The position numbers and the translations under genes are program-made. A model generated the notes under the pieces. It did no database searches. It saw only the letters and a program-made list of their open reading frames with translations, and had not been told where the DNA came from. From assembly GCA_965662845.1 (NCBI GenBank), contig CBFIJD010000031.1, positions 1 through 18,696 on the forward strand: DNA of 18,696 bases, in the 5' to 3' direction. The DNA is from an uncultured bacterium. GTDB taxonomy: Bacteria; SAR324; NAC60-12. How positions within the stretch are numbered: position 1 is the first letter of the stretch; every line of letters begins with the position of its first letter. Positions 1-8,618 of this stretch are shown here, in pieces.

Positions 1-1196
1 CCCAGATTCGCCGGCAAGGAGTAGAGGGGATTCGAGTCATCCAAGATGAGTAGTTTGATTTTGCCTGCATTCAGGTCAGAAATCAGCTGGAGCAAGTGAC
101 TGTGAGAGGTGTCATCGGAGGGTTTTTCTTCGGCGTAGAAGCGGAGGGTTTTCCCTACGTTGTTAGCAACCGCGTTGAGTACCGCGACAGCAATTTGGGT
201 CGCTGTCGCCTGCTCGGTGCTGTTCCAAGCTCCGCCTGCGACTGCTAACGATTCCTGTCCATGGAAGTCTTCCGCGAGCTGTACGATTTGTTCTGCAGTC
301 AGGCCCACGGTCTCCGCAACGCTGGCTGGGGTGTATGGTTCGAGGTAGGCGTCCAAGAAGGTATAGCGTCCTTCTTTTTGGTGGATCTCACGAGCCATGG
401 CCAAGGCAACCAGAGCCTCAGTTCCAGGGTTCGCAGGCAGCCACTCGTCAGCGCGAGCACCCGTCAAGGAGCGCTGTGGACCAACATGAACATAGCGGTT
501 TTTGTGTCCGTCATGGTAGGCGTGCATCTCTGCGAACCGTCGGGCATTTTCGACGGCATTCCCCCAGCTTTCGATGAAGTCTGCGCCGAAATTCACGACG
601 AGTTCCGCGTCCTCAAAGGCATAGTCTGGAAGATCATTGCGCCCGAACGCGATCTGCGCGGCTCGTTGTTCCGGCGCCCGACTCAATAGACTGAACGCGA
701 TGCGCCTTCCTCCGCCGCTGGCTTGGAGCCATTCCTCAATGAACTGTCCCTCATGGCCCAGAGAAGGGCGCCCTAAGTAAGCGACTTGACCGTTGGCTTC
801 TTGAACCAACTTCACAAACTGGGCTTGGGCGTCGTCCCAACTAAGCTCTTGATTGCCCGCGCTTGGTCGCGCGATACGCTCTGGGTTGTAGAGACCTTGA
901 AGCGATGACTGTCCACGCGCGCAGAGGGCTCCTTGATTGAGCGGATGCAATGGGTTTCCGTCGGCTTTCTGCGCTCGATACTCCCGCGCTGTAACCATCA
1001 TCCCACAACCGGCGTCGCACTCGCGGCAGGTTGTCATATATTGGTAGCCTGCGTGGGGGGTGTATTCGAAGTTTGCAGGAGGAACCAGAGCGGGAATCAG
1101 CTTTTCTGGATCTTGTTCGCACCCTGCAGCTACGGCTGTGGCACCACCTAATCCAATATATTTGAAAAGGTTGCGTCTGCTCAGACCTTTTTTCAT
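1..1196 (-). CDS. actB: Molybdopterin-oxidoreductase-fold subunit of an alternative complex III / Qrc-type complex (ActB/QrcB-like), Tat lipoprotein; 3' end runs off the window
   Basis: Absent from the ORF track (no stop in window). Hand translation from ATG 1196 (GGAG upstream): MKKGLSRRNLFKYIGLGGATAVAAGCEQDPEKLIPALVPP...TTCRECDAGCG...GNPLHPLNQGALCARGQSSLQGLYNPERI...PDYAFEDAELVVNFGADFIESW...SLTGARADEW...KLLILDDSNPLYSLP. Twin-Arg motif, lipobox AAGC, CX2CX3CX27C. Lies directly downstream of a pentaheme cytochrome. The symbol is tentative (qrcB is the alternative). Confidence 0.85.
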   Translation of the reverse strand, partial: MKKGLSRRNLFKYIGLGGATAVAAGCEQDPEKLIPALVPPANFEYTPHAGYQYMTTCRECDAGCGMMVTAREYRAQKADGNPLHPLNQGALCARGQSSLQGLYNPERIARPSAGNQELSWDDAQAQFVKLVQEANGQVAYLGRPSLGHEGQFIEEWLQASGGGRRIAFSLLSRAPEQRAAQIAFGRNDLPDYAFEDAELVVNFGADFIESWGNAVENARRFAEMHAYHDGHKNRYVHVGPQRSLTGARADEWLPANPGTEALVALAMAREIHQKEGRYTFLDAYLEPYTPASVAETVGLTAEQIVQLAEDFHGQESLAVAGGAWNSTEQATATQIAVAVLNAVANNVGKTLRFYAEEKPSDDTSHSHLLQLISDLNAGKIKLLILDDSNPLYSLPANL

Positions 1197-1215
1197 TCCA
1201 TTCTCCAGAGTTGAA

Positions 1216-1983
1216 TTAGTAGTGGCAGGTGTAGCAATCGAGCAAGTTGGGATTGTGATATCCCTTCTCATTGATCAAATAGGCTTGGGCTTCCCGCTTG
1301 GCTTCGTTTTCTTTCGCGTTGAACCAGCCGTCTAGGGTTGACATTGCCCGCTTGCGTTCGATAGCCCCCTCCACTTGAAGATGACACTGCATGCACCAGC
1401 CCATGCCACCAAAGTTTTCGTCTACCACATACGCGACTTCCATTTGGGGAACGTTCCCGTGGCAAGATTGGCATCTCTCATCGCCTCCGTTTCGGAAGTG
1501 CATCACGCGGCAGGCTAGAGAGCGCGGGTCTGCGTTCATATCGCAGTCATTGCCAGCACCGTCGATGAAGCGGCTAGCGTCGGCGTTGATGTGCTTCTTG
1601 TGTGGGAAGCGCACAAAGTCCGGGATGTCATGCAGCTTTACCCAAGGAATCGGAGTCCCTTCCGCCCAGTGGTCGCGCATGATGTCGACTTCCGCGCTGT
1701 CTGGTTGAACCAACTCCGCACCATGTGGACCGTGACACCCTACGCAGGTGCTGACTGGCGGCACGCCGGAAGAGAAAGAGCGTCTGGCATACAGGTGACA
1801 ATATTGACAGGAGATACCGTTCTGTGTGACGTGCAGCTTGTGGCTAAAGTTGATTGGCTGCTCTTTGGGCTCGTTTGAAATAGGGAAGATAGCGAAGGAA
1901 GAGAGAGGGGATAAAAGGAGTAAAATGGCTCCCAGTAGCGAAGCTCTGATGAGCATGGTTCGCATGGCGAGTTCGGGCCGCAT
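1216..1983 (-). CDS. actA: Pentaheme cytochrome c (ActA/QrcA-like)
   Basis: Five CxxCH motifs (CQYCH, CVGCH, CQSCH, CMQCH, CYTCH), N-terminal hydrophobic segment, and ActA-type motifs QPINFSHKLH, WVKLHDIPDFVRFPH and MGWCxxCH. The start could be a downstream Met. Confidence 0.88.
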   Translation of the reverse strand: MRPELAMRTMLIRASLLGAILLLLSPLSSFAIFPISNEPKEQPINFSHKLHVTQNGISCQYCHLYARRSFSSGVPPVSTCVGCHGPHGAELVQPDSAEVDIMRDHWAEGTPIPWVKLHDIPDFVRFPHKKHINADASRFIDGAGNDCDMNADPRSLACRVMHFRNGGDERCQSCHGNVPQMEVAYVVDENFGGMGWCMQCHLQVEGAIERKRAMSTLDGWFNAKENEAKREAQAYLINEKGYHNPNLLDCYTCHY

Positions 1984-2200
1984 ATCGCTCCAAAATTGTT
2001 AGTATTGTGTTGAATCCACATTGAAAACGCTATTTAAGACCACATTGCTGAGGGAAAATCAACTCAAATATGTGGTTAGCGGAGCACTGAAAAACATTTC
2101 TCACGCCGAAACGCAAGTCCTTAAATTTAAGGGGCAACAGGTTATAGAATCACAATATTTTGATATCGAATATTGCTGGGGCAGCGGAGGGAGAACAGAT
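1984..2200 (-). promoter_or_regulatory. AT-rich upstream regulatory region of the actAB-like operon with repeats and a palindrome
   Basis: CCACATTG at 2016-2023 and 2040-2047; ACCACAT (2039-2045) / ATGTGGT (2070-2076) inverted pair; near-palindrome ATCACAATATTTTGAT at 2149-2164. Confidence 0.4.
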
Positions 2201-2252
2201 CAAGATCTGGCAATGGGAGCACGTGCTCGTTGTGCCGCCAAAGGTGCGCGCT

Positions 2253-3569
2253 CTAGGGATTGAAGGAGAACTGAGAGAGGTTCTTCCAAGGATTGATAGG
2301 CTTGCGGTCAACATAAATTTCGTAGTGGAGATGAGGCCCTGTGCTGCGACCTGTATTTCCCACATAGCCAATGATTTGACCACGCTGAACTTCTTGCTTA
2401 GGTCGAACACCAATCTTAGAGAGATGGCCGTAGCGCGTGAGATAGCTGACAGAGCGCAATGACTTCACTTCAAAACCTAGGCCATGCTCAATCTCGATCA
2501 AATTGCCATAACCTACCATTCGCCCTGCATAACGCACCTTACCGTCTGCAGGAGCATAAACTGGCGTCCCGATGGGCGCAGAAAAGTCAGTGCCGTTGTG
2601 AAACGCCCAGTCTCCTGTAAACGGGTCACGGCGACTCCCATAGTGGGAAGAAACCGCGTGCTCTTGGACAGGGGCTAGAGTCGGTGTTTTTGCCCAATAC
2701 TGACGCTGCTGTTGAATTTCAAACCCTAGCTGACGCAGTGAGTTGTGCGTACTTTGATAAGGAGAGATGCCTTGCTCTAATTGCAGTCTAGGACTGCTGG
2801 TAGTTGCTTCTAAACTTGTTAGTCCAGCTTCTAATTCGCCCCTTAATAAGGGCCCCCCCTTGCCTTCTCGCTCACTTGAGTTGGTAGGAGGAAGCGCCGA
2901 TTCACTCAACAATTGAATCCCTGTGATGCTTTGAATTTGTTCGGTCAGCTCACGCACCTCACGTTCTCGTTCCTGCATGACAACCAGGTATTCTGCTAAG
3001 CTTTGTTCTGCTTCAGAAAGCTGATGCCTGAGGCTATAGTTTTCTTCGGCGACAAGTTCCTCATCAACCTTTGCAACAGGCGCCTCGTAATTAGAGATTA
3101 GATAGCGCAAATCTTGTGCGACACTTTGTAAGCGTTGCTCTCTTGAAGGGGCGATTTTGTCACCAAAGCTCACTCTACATTGATATGAGCTCTGTGAGCA
3201 CAACGTGAAGTGAATCTGCTGTATCTGGTCATAAATATTATCAGAGAGCGCCTGTTGCTTATGAAAGCTCACTTCCTGAAATTCTAGCTGAGTGCGCAGT
3301 TCCTGAACTTGCGACTCTAGGACTTGAACCCGCGAAGCTTGGCTCGCAGCCGCCTCCATGCGTTCATGAATTTGCGTCTGTTGTGATGGCTTTTGACTAA
3401 TAGCTTTGTAGTACCCCAGTTCGGTTGCTTGCCAAACAACAGTGGCCAGTAAAATCATGAGAAGAGAGATGGAACCACCCAAGGCCCCCCACAGATAAAG
3501 AGGGCGTAGTGGATAGTGCGACACACTGGAGTTGTGGTGCCGCATGAGCATGATAGAAAAATGTGGCAT
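2253..3569 (-). CDS. M23 family zinc metallopeptidase with N-terminal TM segment and long coiled coil
   Basis: HxxxD (HNGTD) and HxH (PHLHYE) zinc motifs, GYGNLIEIEH, GYVGNTGRSTGPH; hydrophobic segment at about aa 25-47; Q/E-rich heptad region. Confidence 0.92.
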   Translation of the reverse strand: MPHFSIMLMRHHNSSVSHYPLRPLYLWGALGGSISLLMILLATVVWQATELGYYKAISQKPSQQTQIHERMEAAASQASRVQVLESQVQELRTQLEFQEVSFHKQQALSDNIYDQIQQIHFTLCSQSSYQCRVSFGDKIAPSREQRLQSVAQDLRYLISNYEAPVAKVDEELVAEENYSLRHQLSEAEQSLAEYLVVMQEREREVRELTEQIQSITGIQLLSESALPPTNSSEREGKGGPLLRGELEAGLTSLEATTSSPRLQLEQGISPYQSTHNSLRQLGFEIQQQRQYWAKTPTLAPVQEHAVSSHYGSRRDPFTGDWAFHNGTDFSAPIGTPVYAPADGKVRYAGRMVGYGNLIEIEHGLGFEVKSLRSVSYLTRYGHLSKIGVRPKQEVQRGQIIGYVGNTGRSTGPHLHYEIYVDRKPINPWKNLSQFSFNP

Positions 3570-3596
3570 AGAGACAGTGGGTAAGGGAGCGAATGG

Positions 3597-5582
3597 CTAG
3601 TGGTGATGCAGTGGACGTCGAACCAACTGGTAGAGTTTCGCGTTGATAAAAATTTCTAATAGATCTGAATCGATATGGTTGTCTTTCGCTTCAAAGCCCA
3701 GAATTTTAAGTGCCCGTTCCGCCGGAATCGCTTTCTTGTATGGGCGATCCCAAGCGGTCAAAGCGTCATAAATGTCTGCGATCGTCATCATTTTCGATTG
3801 CAAAGGGATCTCATCGGTCGTGAGCTTTCTTGGGTACCCTGTGCCATTTAATTTTTCGTGATGCGCGTAGGCAATCTCTGGAACGTGCGATAACTCTGTA
3901 GACCATGGGATGATGCGCAAGAAATTGTAAGTATGCGTCACATGCGACTCAATTTCTTCTCGATCTCTGTGCGTGAGAGTTCCTTTGGGGATGGACAATG
4001 ACGACATTTCATCTTCGGTTAGATAAGGCACTTGCACCTTAGATGGGTGCTGGAAGGTCTTTGCTGCGATGTGCTGTAAATGCTCAAATCCGCCTTGATC
4101 TAACACCGTTGGCTCATTGCATTGGATGATAAACTTCAGTTGTTCATCCAGCTCTTCTAACTGGGCTTCCATCTCTCCTTGAACACTTTCAACCAGCTGC
4201 ATCGCTTCTTCTCTCGAGCGCTCCAACAGATAATTTAACTGCTTGCGCGTCATCTGGAGTTCTGTCGCCATACGGATCAATCGAAAGCGATCCATGACCG
4301 CCTGTTGTTCTTCTGGGTAAAGTTTCTTCGATTTGATCAGTACTTTTTCACGGACACCGATCTTACCAAAGTCATGAAGCAGAGAGGCGTACCGAACTTC
4401 TTTCAGTTGGTCGCTCGTGTAGTGGACCTCCGCGAAGGGACCCGTTTTCGAGCCAGACACAAACTCTGCCATTGCAACTGTCAGCGTTGCTACCCGGCTA
4501 GAGTGACCAGAAGTAGTTGGATCGCGCGATTCGATGGCTTTCACGCTGGCGTTGATAAAACCGTCAAAAAGAATCTGGATTGACTCCAGTAGTTCTGCAT
4601 TTTTGATTGCGACGCTAGCTTGGGATGCCAGTGACTCCGTGAGGCGGACATGACTCTCTGAGAAAGGAATGACCAAACTGTCAACATCCTTAGGCGACTC
4701 AATTTTGGCATCTTCGCGCGTTTTGCAGTTGATTAACTGCATCACCCCAATGATTTCATTGCGATCATTCCGCATCGGCACGGCTAACATCGACTTTGTG
4801 CGATAGTTGTGCTTCTCGTCAAAGGATCTCCCTCCCCAAGCAAAGTCGTCCCGAACGATGCGATAGACGTCGTCGATGCGGACGGGCTTCCCAGTGAGAG
4901 CGACATGTCCGTTCACGGTTTCGCGGCTGATATTCATCGGCTGTTGCAACATTAGTGAAATATCGCGGGAATAATTCAGAGCAACGCGAAAACGGAATTG
5001 TTTATCTTGGAAATAGTCTTGTCCGTCTGCGGGAGGATCGTCAGAAAGTGATTCGATCAGATAGAGACTGCAGCCGTCTGCCGCCGTCAATTTCATCGCT
5101 TTATCGGCGATCAAGTGCAGTAGTTGATCTAGATCTCGCTCGCTAGAAAGAGCGACGCCTAACTCATTTAATTCGGCCAAATGAGTATTATCCGCCAATG
5201 AACGTGACTTGAGGTGATGTAAGCGCGAACGATACTGTAAGCGCTGCATGAACTGTCGGAGTAGGAAGTTCCAACGTTGGGGGGTCAGGTAACTAGCAGG
5301 ATACCATTCGATGTACGGGTGTTCGGGCAGCTCATTTGTGGGGCTGTTGCCTTCTTCTAAGATGATGACTCCGCCACCGGAGAGGAGAAAGGATGACATC
5401 GCTTGCCAGCTTGGGATGTCGCGACTCATCAGAATTATCAAGCTGGGCGGGTCTTCGGAGGTGGTGGGAAGCTCTGCCGTTGATTGGTATTCGATGTGCT
5501 CTACTTTTTGCGAAGATTTGGCTTCAAAACCTTGCTGCAGATGACGAATGCTTTGGGGGTAGTACAGCGGGAAAGCAACCAT
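3597..5582 (-). CDS. GAF + HD-GYP cyclic dinucleotide phosphodiesterase with degenerate N-terminal receiver-like region
   Basis: GAF motifs (YRTKSMLAVPM, IIGVMQLIN, LASQASVAIKN); HD-GYP motifs ESRDPTTSGHSSRV, LLHDFGKIG, HHEKLNGTGYP, IADIYDALT..RPYK. Start codon uncertain. Confidence 0.92.
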   Translation of the reverse strand: MVAFPLYYPQSIRHLQQGFEAKSSQKVEHIEYQSTAELPTTSEDPPSLIILMSRDIPSWQAMSSFLLSGGGVIILEEGNSPTNELPEHPYIEWYPASYLTPQRWNFLLRQFMQRLQYRSRLHHLKSRSLADNTHLAELNELGVALSSERDLDQLLHLIADKAMKLTAADGCSLYLIESLSDDPPADGQDYFQDKQFRFRVALNYSRDISLMLQQPMNISRETVNGHVALTGKPVRIDDVYRIVRDDFAWGGRSFDEKHNYRTKSMLAVPMRNDRNEIIGVMQLINCKTREDAKIESPKDVDSLVIPFSESHVRLTESLASQASVAIKNAELLESIQILFDGFINASVKAIESRDPTTSGHSSRVATLTVAMAEFVSGSKTGPFAEVHYTSDQLKEVRYASLLHDFGKIGVREKVLIKSKKLYPEEQQAVMDRFRLIRMATELQMTRKQLNYLLERSREEAMQLVESVQGEMEAQLEELDEQLKFIIQCNEPTVLDQGGFEHLQHIAAKTFQHPSKVQVPYLTEDEMSSLSIPKGTLTHRDREEIESHVTHTYNFLRIIPWSTELSHVPEIAYAHHEKLNGTGYPRKLTTDEIPLQSKMMTIADIYDALTAWDRPYKKAIPAERALKILGFEAKDNHIDSDLLEIFINAKLYQLVRRPLHHH

Positions 5583-5678
5583 AAATTATAGCAAAAAGAG
5601 ATGGATATCAGAGGGTTTAGCGCAAAACATCCCAAGCTCTCACAGTCTTGAGAGTTCTTCAAGTGGAAGTTCTAAGGT

Positions 5679-6776
5679 TCAAAGAGGGAATCGCATCAGC
5701 CCTAGGCAGGACGACATTTGGTCTGAAGTCCGCCAAGGCACCCAAATTCTCTCGACTTTCGCATGACTAAACCACCACCAAAGGCATTGTGCGTCTGGGG
5801 TCTGTTCTCTGACTTTGGAGGTTAAGTCTCTTTCGCGAGCTTTCAAAAAATCTGACAGCATGAGCGCGTATTGAAGACGCAACAGCTCTTCAAAGAGCCC
5901 CATCAGCTGCTGAAGGTTGGTTTGATACTGTCGCAGCTCTTTTTTGATCGTTGTTCGCAGGGCAGTCGCCTCTTGGAGCATTTGCTGTGCTTGGTGTTGC
6001 CAGACTGGAAACCAGCTGTGCGCGAGATAGTCATGCCACCCTTCAATGGTGTGGATGCCTTGCATGGCCTGATGCAGTGCTTTGGCTAACTCCAACCGTG
6101 CGGTGCGCTGCAGCTGCTGTTGCAGGCCATTCAATTGGACTTCACAAGCGTAGAGTTGTCGGAGGTGTTGTTGAATTTCTTGTTGGAGGTCGTGACGCGC
6201 GGTGGTGGCCTGCGAAGTGGTCACAGACACTTCCGGCCAGTGCCGCCAGCATGCTAAGGACAATTCTTTTGCCTGCCACGCGCTTGAATCCTCGGTCAAC
6301 TCTTGCCATGTCGGGCTTTGCAGCAGGGATCCTTTTGTGCTCGCGAAGAATTGAGAGGCGTGGTTACTTTTAGGAAGGTAGACCTCATCCCACCAGCCAA
6401 CTCCTAACGTCTCTGCAAACTCCAGAATTTGCGAACTTGCGACCTCTTCCCAGCACAGCAGCGTAATGCGGCAGCCTCGTCGGGTTTCTTCGTCAAAAAC
6501 TTCGCTGAGGAGGGAAGCCGCTTCTGGGGCAACAGGAGAGTGACGCAGCGTGAATTGCAGCGATGAACCGCCCAATCTCACAAACTCAGAGGGAAGGCGC
6601 GACAGTCGCTCTGCGTCATCAAGGGCAACTTCTAGCCCGAGCCGAGTTGAAGGAAAATCTCGCGTAGTGAACCACTCTGGGTGATACCCCCACGTCTGCT
6701 GAACCTTTTGGCAAGCCTCGACAGCTTGGTCCCATCTGGGGTCTTGTTTTGCTTCCAGAGTTGCGAGATCAGACAC
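5679..6776 (-). CDS. Hypothetical protein, Trp-rich, with helical/coiled-coil C-terminal half
   Basis: 365-aa ORF (GTG start) 8 nt downstream of the ssb stop on the same strand, filling the gap; no motif recognised. Confidence 0.7.
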   Translation of the reverse strand: MSDLATLEAKQDPRWDQAVEACQKVQQTWGYHPEWFTTRDFPSTRLGLEVALDDAERLSRLPSEFVRLGGSSLQFTLRHSPVAPEAASLLSEVFDEETRRGCRITLLCWEEVASSQILEFAETLGVGWWDEVYLPKSNHASQFFASTKGSLLQSPTWQELTEDSSAWQAKELSLACWRHWPEVSVTTSQATTARHDLQQEIQQHLRQLYACEVQLNGLQQQLQRTARLELAKALHQAMQGIHTIEGWHDYLAHSWFPVWQHQAQQMLQEATALRTTIKKELRQYQTNLQQLMGLFEELLRLQYALMLSDFLKARERDLTSKVREQTPDAQCLWWWFSHAKVERIWVPWRTSDQMSSCLGLMRFPL

Positions 6777-6784
6777 GAGCTTGC

Positions 6785-7282
6785 TCAGAACGGCACGTCG
6801 TCTTCAACATAGGGCGCTTCCGGGCCAGCAGGTCCGGCCCCTGCCGGTGCTCCGGGAGGAGGCGAGGCCGGAGCAGAAGGCGCATAAGTGTTGCCTCCTC
6901 CGTAGGCTCCGCCTCCAGAGCTGACGGATCCCTCGCGCACATTGTCGCGGTTGCTGTCGCGGGAGTCTAAGAAGCGGATTTGATTTGCAACAACTTCTGT
7001 CTTTTGGCGCTTCTGTCCTTGCTGATCTTCCCAGCTGCGCGTCTGTAGTTTGCCCTCCACATACACCATCGACCCCTTGCGCAGATAAGACTGCGCCTGA
7101 TCGGCTAGACGATCCCATGCGCTGATGTCATGCCACTCGGTCTTCTCTTGTTTTTGTCCTTGTTTGTCGCGCCAAAATTCAGAGGTGGCAATAGAAAAGG
7201 CTGCGACTGCGTTCCCAGATTGGGTGTAGCGAATTTCTGGATCTCGGCCAAGACGACCAATCAACATGACTTTGTTCAGCAT
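6785..7282 (-). CDS. ssb: Single-stranded DNA-binding protein
   Basis: [35 protein letters not shown]-rich linker, acidic tail EDDVPF; SD AAGGAG upstream. Confidence 0.98.
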   Translation of the reverse strand: MLNKVMLIGRLGRDPEIRYTQSGNAVAAFSIATSEFWRDKQGQKQEKTEWHDISAWDRLADQAQSYLRKGSMVYVEGKLQTRSWEDQQGQKRQKTEVVANQIRFLDSRDSNRDNVREGSVSSGGGAYGGGNTYAPSAPASPPPGAPAGAGPAGPEAPYVEDDVPF

Positions 7283-7294
7283 GGAATCTCCTTT

Positions 7295-7918
7295 TTAGCT
7301 TTTTGCGAGAAGTCCGAGGGTGAGGCGCAACTTTTCTTCAAAAGTTTCTGCAGAGGCCGGAAGTTGAGCTAAGGCCGTCATAATTTCTTTGTCAGCAAAT
7401 CCCATATTTTTCAGCGCCGAGTGCAAGGAGGCAGCTTCCCCCATCGGTGCACGAGGCGTCGTATTAGGGACGCTTGAGTTCCCGTTCGGGATCCGTCCGA
7501 CTCCCGTCAAGGGAGTTTTTGTCAAAGACTCCTTGAGTTCAAGGCACAAGCGCGCCGCCGTTTTTTTACCGATCCCAGGGACTGTGCTCAGAGTGTGAAC
7601 ATCTTCGTGTAGAATGGCTTGGACAAGTTGACGGACAGGGAGCGCCGTAAGCATCGTGATGGCCAGTTTGGGCCCAACGCCCGAAGCCTTGAGCAGGCGC
7701 TCAAACAGTTGTTTGTCAGGCAGCTCTGCAAAGCCATACAAGCTAATTTCATCTTCCCGAACACTTGTATGAATGAACAGCTGTTGTCGCTCTCCGACTT
7801 CCATCTGGTGCGCGAGTGTGAGGGGTATCTGCACTGTATATCCGACGCCCCCCGATGTTTGGAGGAGCACCGTATTTTCGTAGGCTTGGAGCACCTCACC
7901 TTCTAAGTAGCCAATCAT
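7295..7918 (-). CDS. ruvA: Holliday junction branch migration protein RuvA
   Basis: MIGYLEG, GGVGY, acidic pin VREDE.SLYGF, HhH motifs SGVGPKLA and VPGIGKKTAARL, C-terminal ALKNMGF; ATGA overlap with the yggS stop. Confidence 0.97.
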   Translation of the reverse strand: MIGYLEGEVLQAYENTVLLQTSGGVGYTVQIPLTLAHQMEVGERQQLFIHTSVREDEISLYGFAELPDKQLFERLLKASGVGPKLAITMLTALPVRQLVQAILHEDVHTLSTVPGIGKKTAARLCLELKESLTKTPLTGVGRIPNGNSSVPNTTPRAPMGEAASLHSALKNMGFADKEIMTALAQLPASAETFEEKLRLTLGLLAKS

Positions 7919-8616
7919 GCGATTCCGTCGTCGCGTTCTCCGAAAATAGCGCTGCCGATGCGCACCATGGTCGCACCTTCCGCGATCGCCGCGCGATAGT
8001 CTCCAGACATTCCCATCGACAGCTCCGTCAGCTGTGCATCAGGGAAGTCCTGCTGAAGACGTTCAAGCCATGTGCGGAGGGTCGCGAAAATGTTCCGGCT
8101 GACTTTCTCCGTAGCGCGCGCAGCAGCCATCGTCATGAGCCCGCGCCATCGCAGCCACTGGCAGTGGTTGGCAACGGCGGCCGCTTCGCGGAGTTGATCC
8201 CAGTTAGAGAATCCGCTCTTACTCGGCTCCTCAGACAAATTCGCCTGCAATAAGATGTTCAGATGTGTTTGTTCTTGTGCACAGCGTTGTTCCAACCTTT
8301 CGAGCAACGCTGTGGAGTCGATCGAGTGGACCCAATCGAAATTCTTTGGGCAAAAACGCACCTTGTTTCTCTGCAAATGCCCGATGAGATGCCACTCGGG
8401 GCGCGGGTTTGTGAGGGCTTCGATTTTCTCCAGCGCCTCTTGGACTTTGTTTTCGCCAAAGGCGATTTGGCCAGCCGAGAGAGCGGCTGTGATCGCAGCG
8501 GCAGGATGTGTCTTTGAAACCGCGATGAGCCTCACGTCGTTCGGGCTTCTTCCGCTTTGATGGGCAAGATCACGAATTTCAGCGCGCAGGATGTGCAGAC
8601 GCTCTGCGATGCTCAT
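7915..8616 (-). CDS. yggS: PLP-binding homeostasis protein, YggS/PROSC family
   Basis: LIAVSKT (PLP Lys), FGENKVQE, WHLIGHLQRNK, LSMGMSGDY, GATMVRIGSAIFG. Start set at ATG 8616 (MSIAERL), 2 nt after the upstream TAG. Confidence 0.96.
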   Translation of the reverse strand: MSIAERLHILRAEIRDLAHQSGRSPNDVRLIAVSKTHPAAAITAALSAGQIAFGENKVQEALEKIEALTNPRPEWHLIGHLQRNKVRFCPKNFDWVHSIDSTALLERLEQRCAQEQTHLNILLQANLSEEPSKSGFSNWDQLREAAAVANHCQWLRWRGLMTMAAARATEKVSRNIFATLRTWLERLQQDFPDAQLTELSMGMSGDYRAAIAEGATMVRIGSAIFGERDDGIA

Positions 8617-8618
8617 TC

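Noticed and set aside
160..1878. Several plus-strand ORFs (261..689, 933..1151, 1391..1708 and others)
   Set aside because: Antisense shadows of the well-supported minus-strand actB/actA-like genes; no motifs.
2006..2020. CRP-like TGTGT-N5-CCACA
   Set aside because: The spacer is 5 rather than 6 nt and both half-sites deviate.
2061..2076. NrdR-box-like AACTCAAATATGTGGT
   Set aside because: Conserved positions do not align in any register, and the downstream genes are not ribonucleotide reductases.
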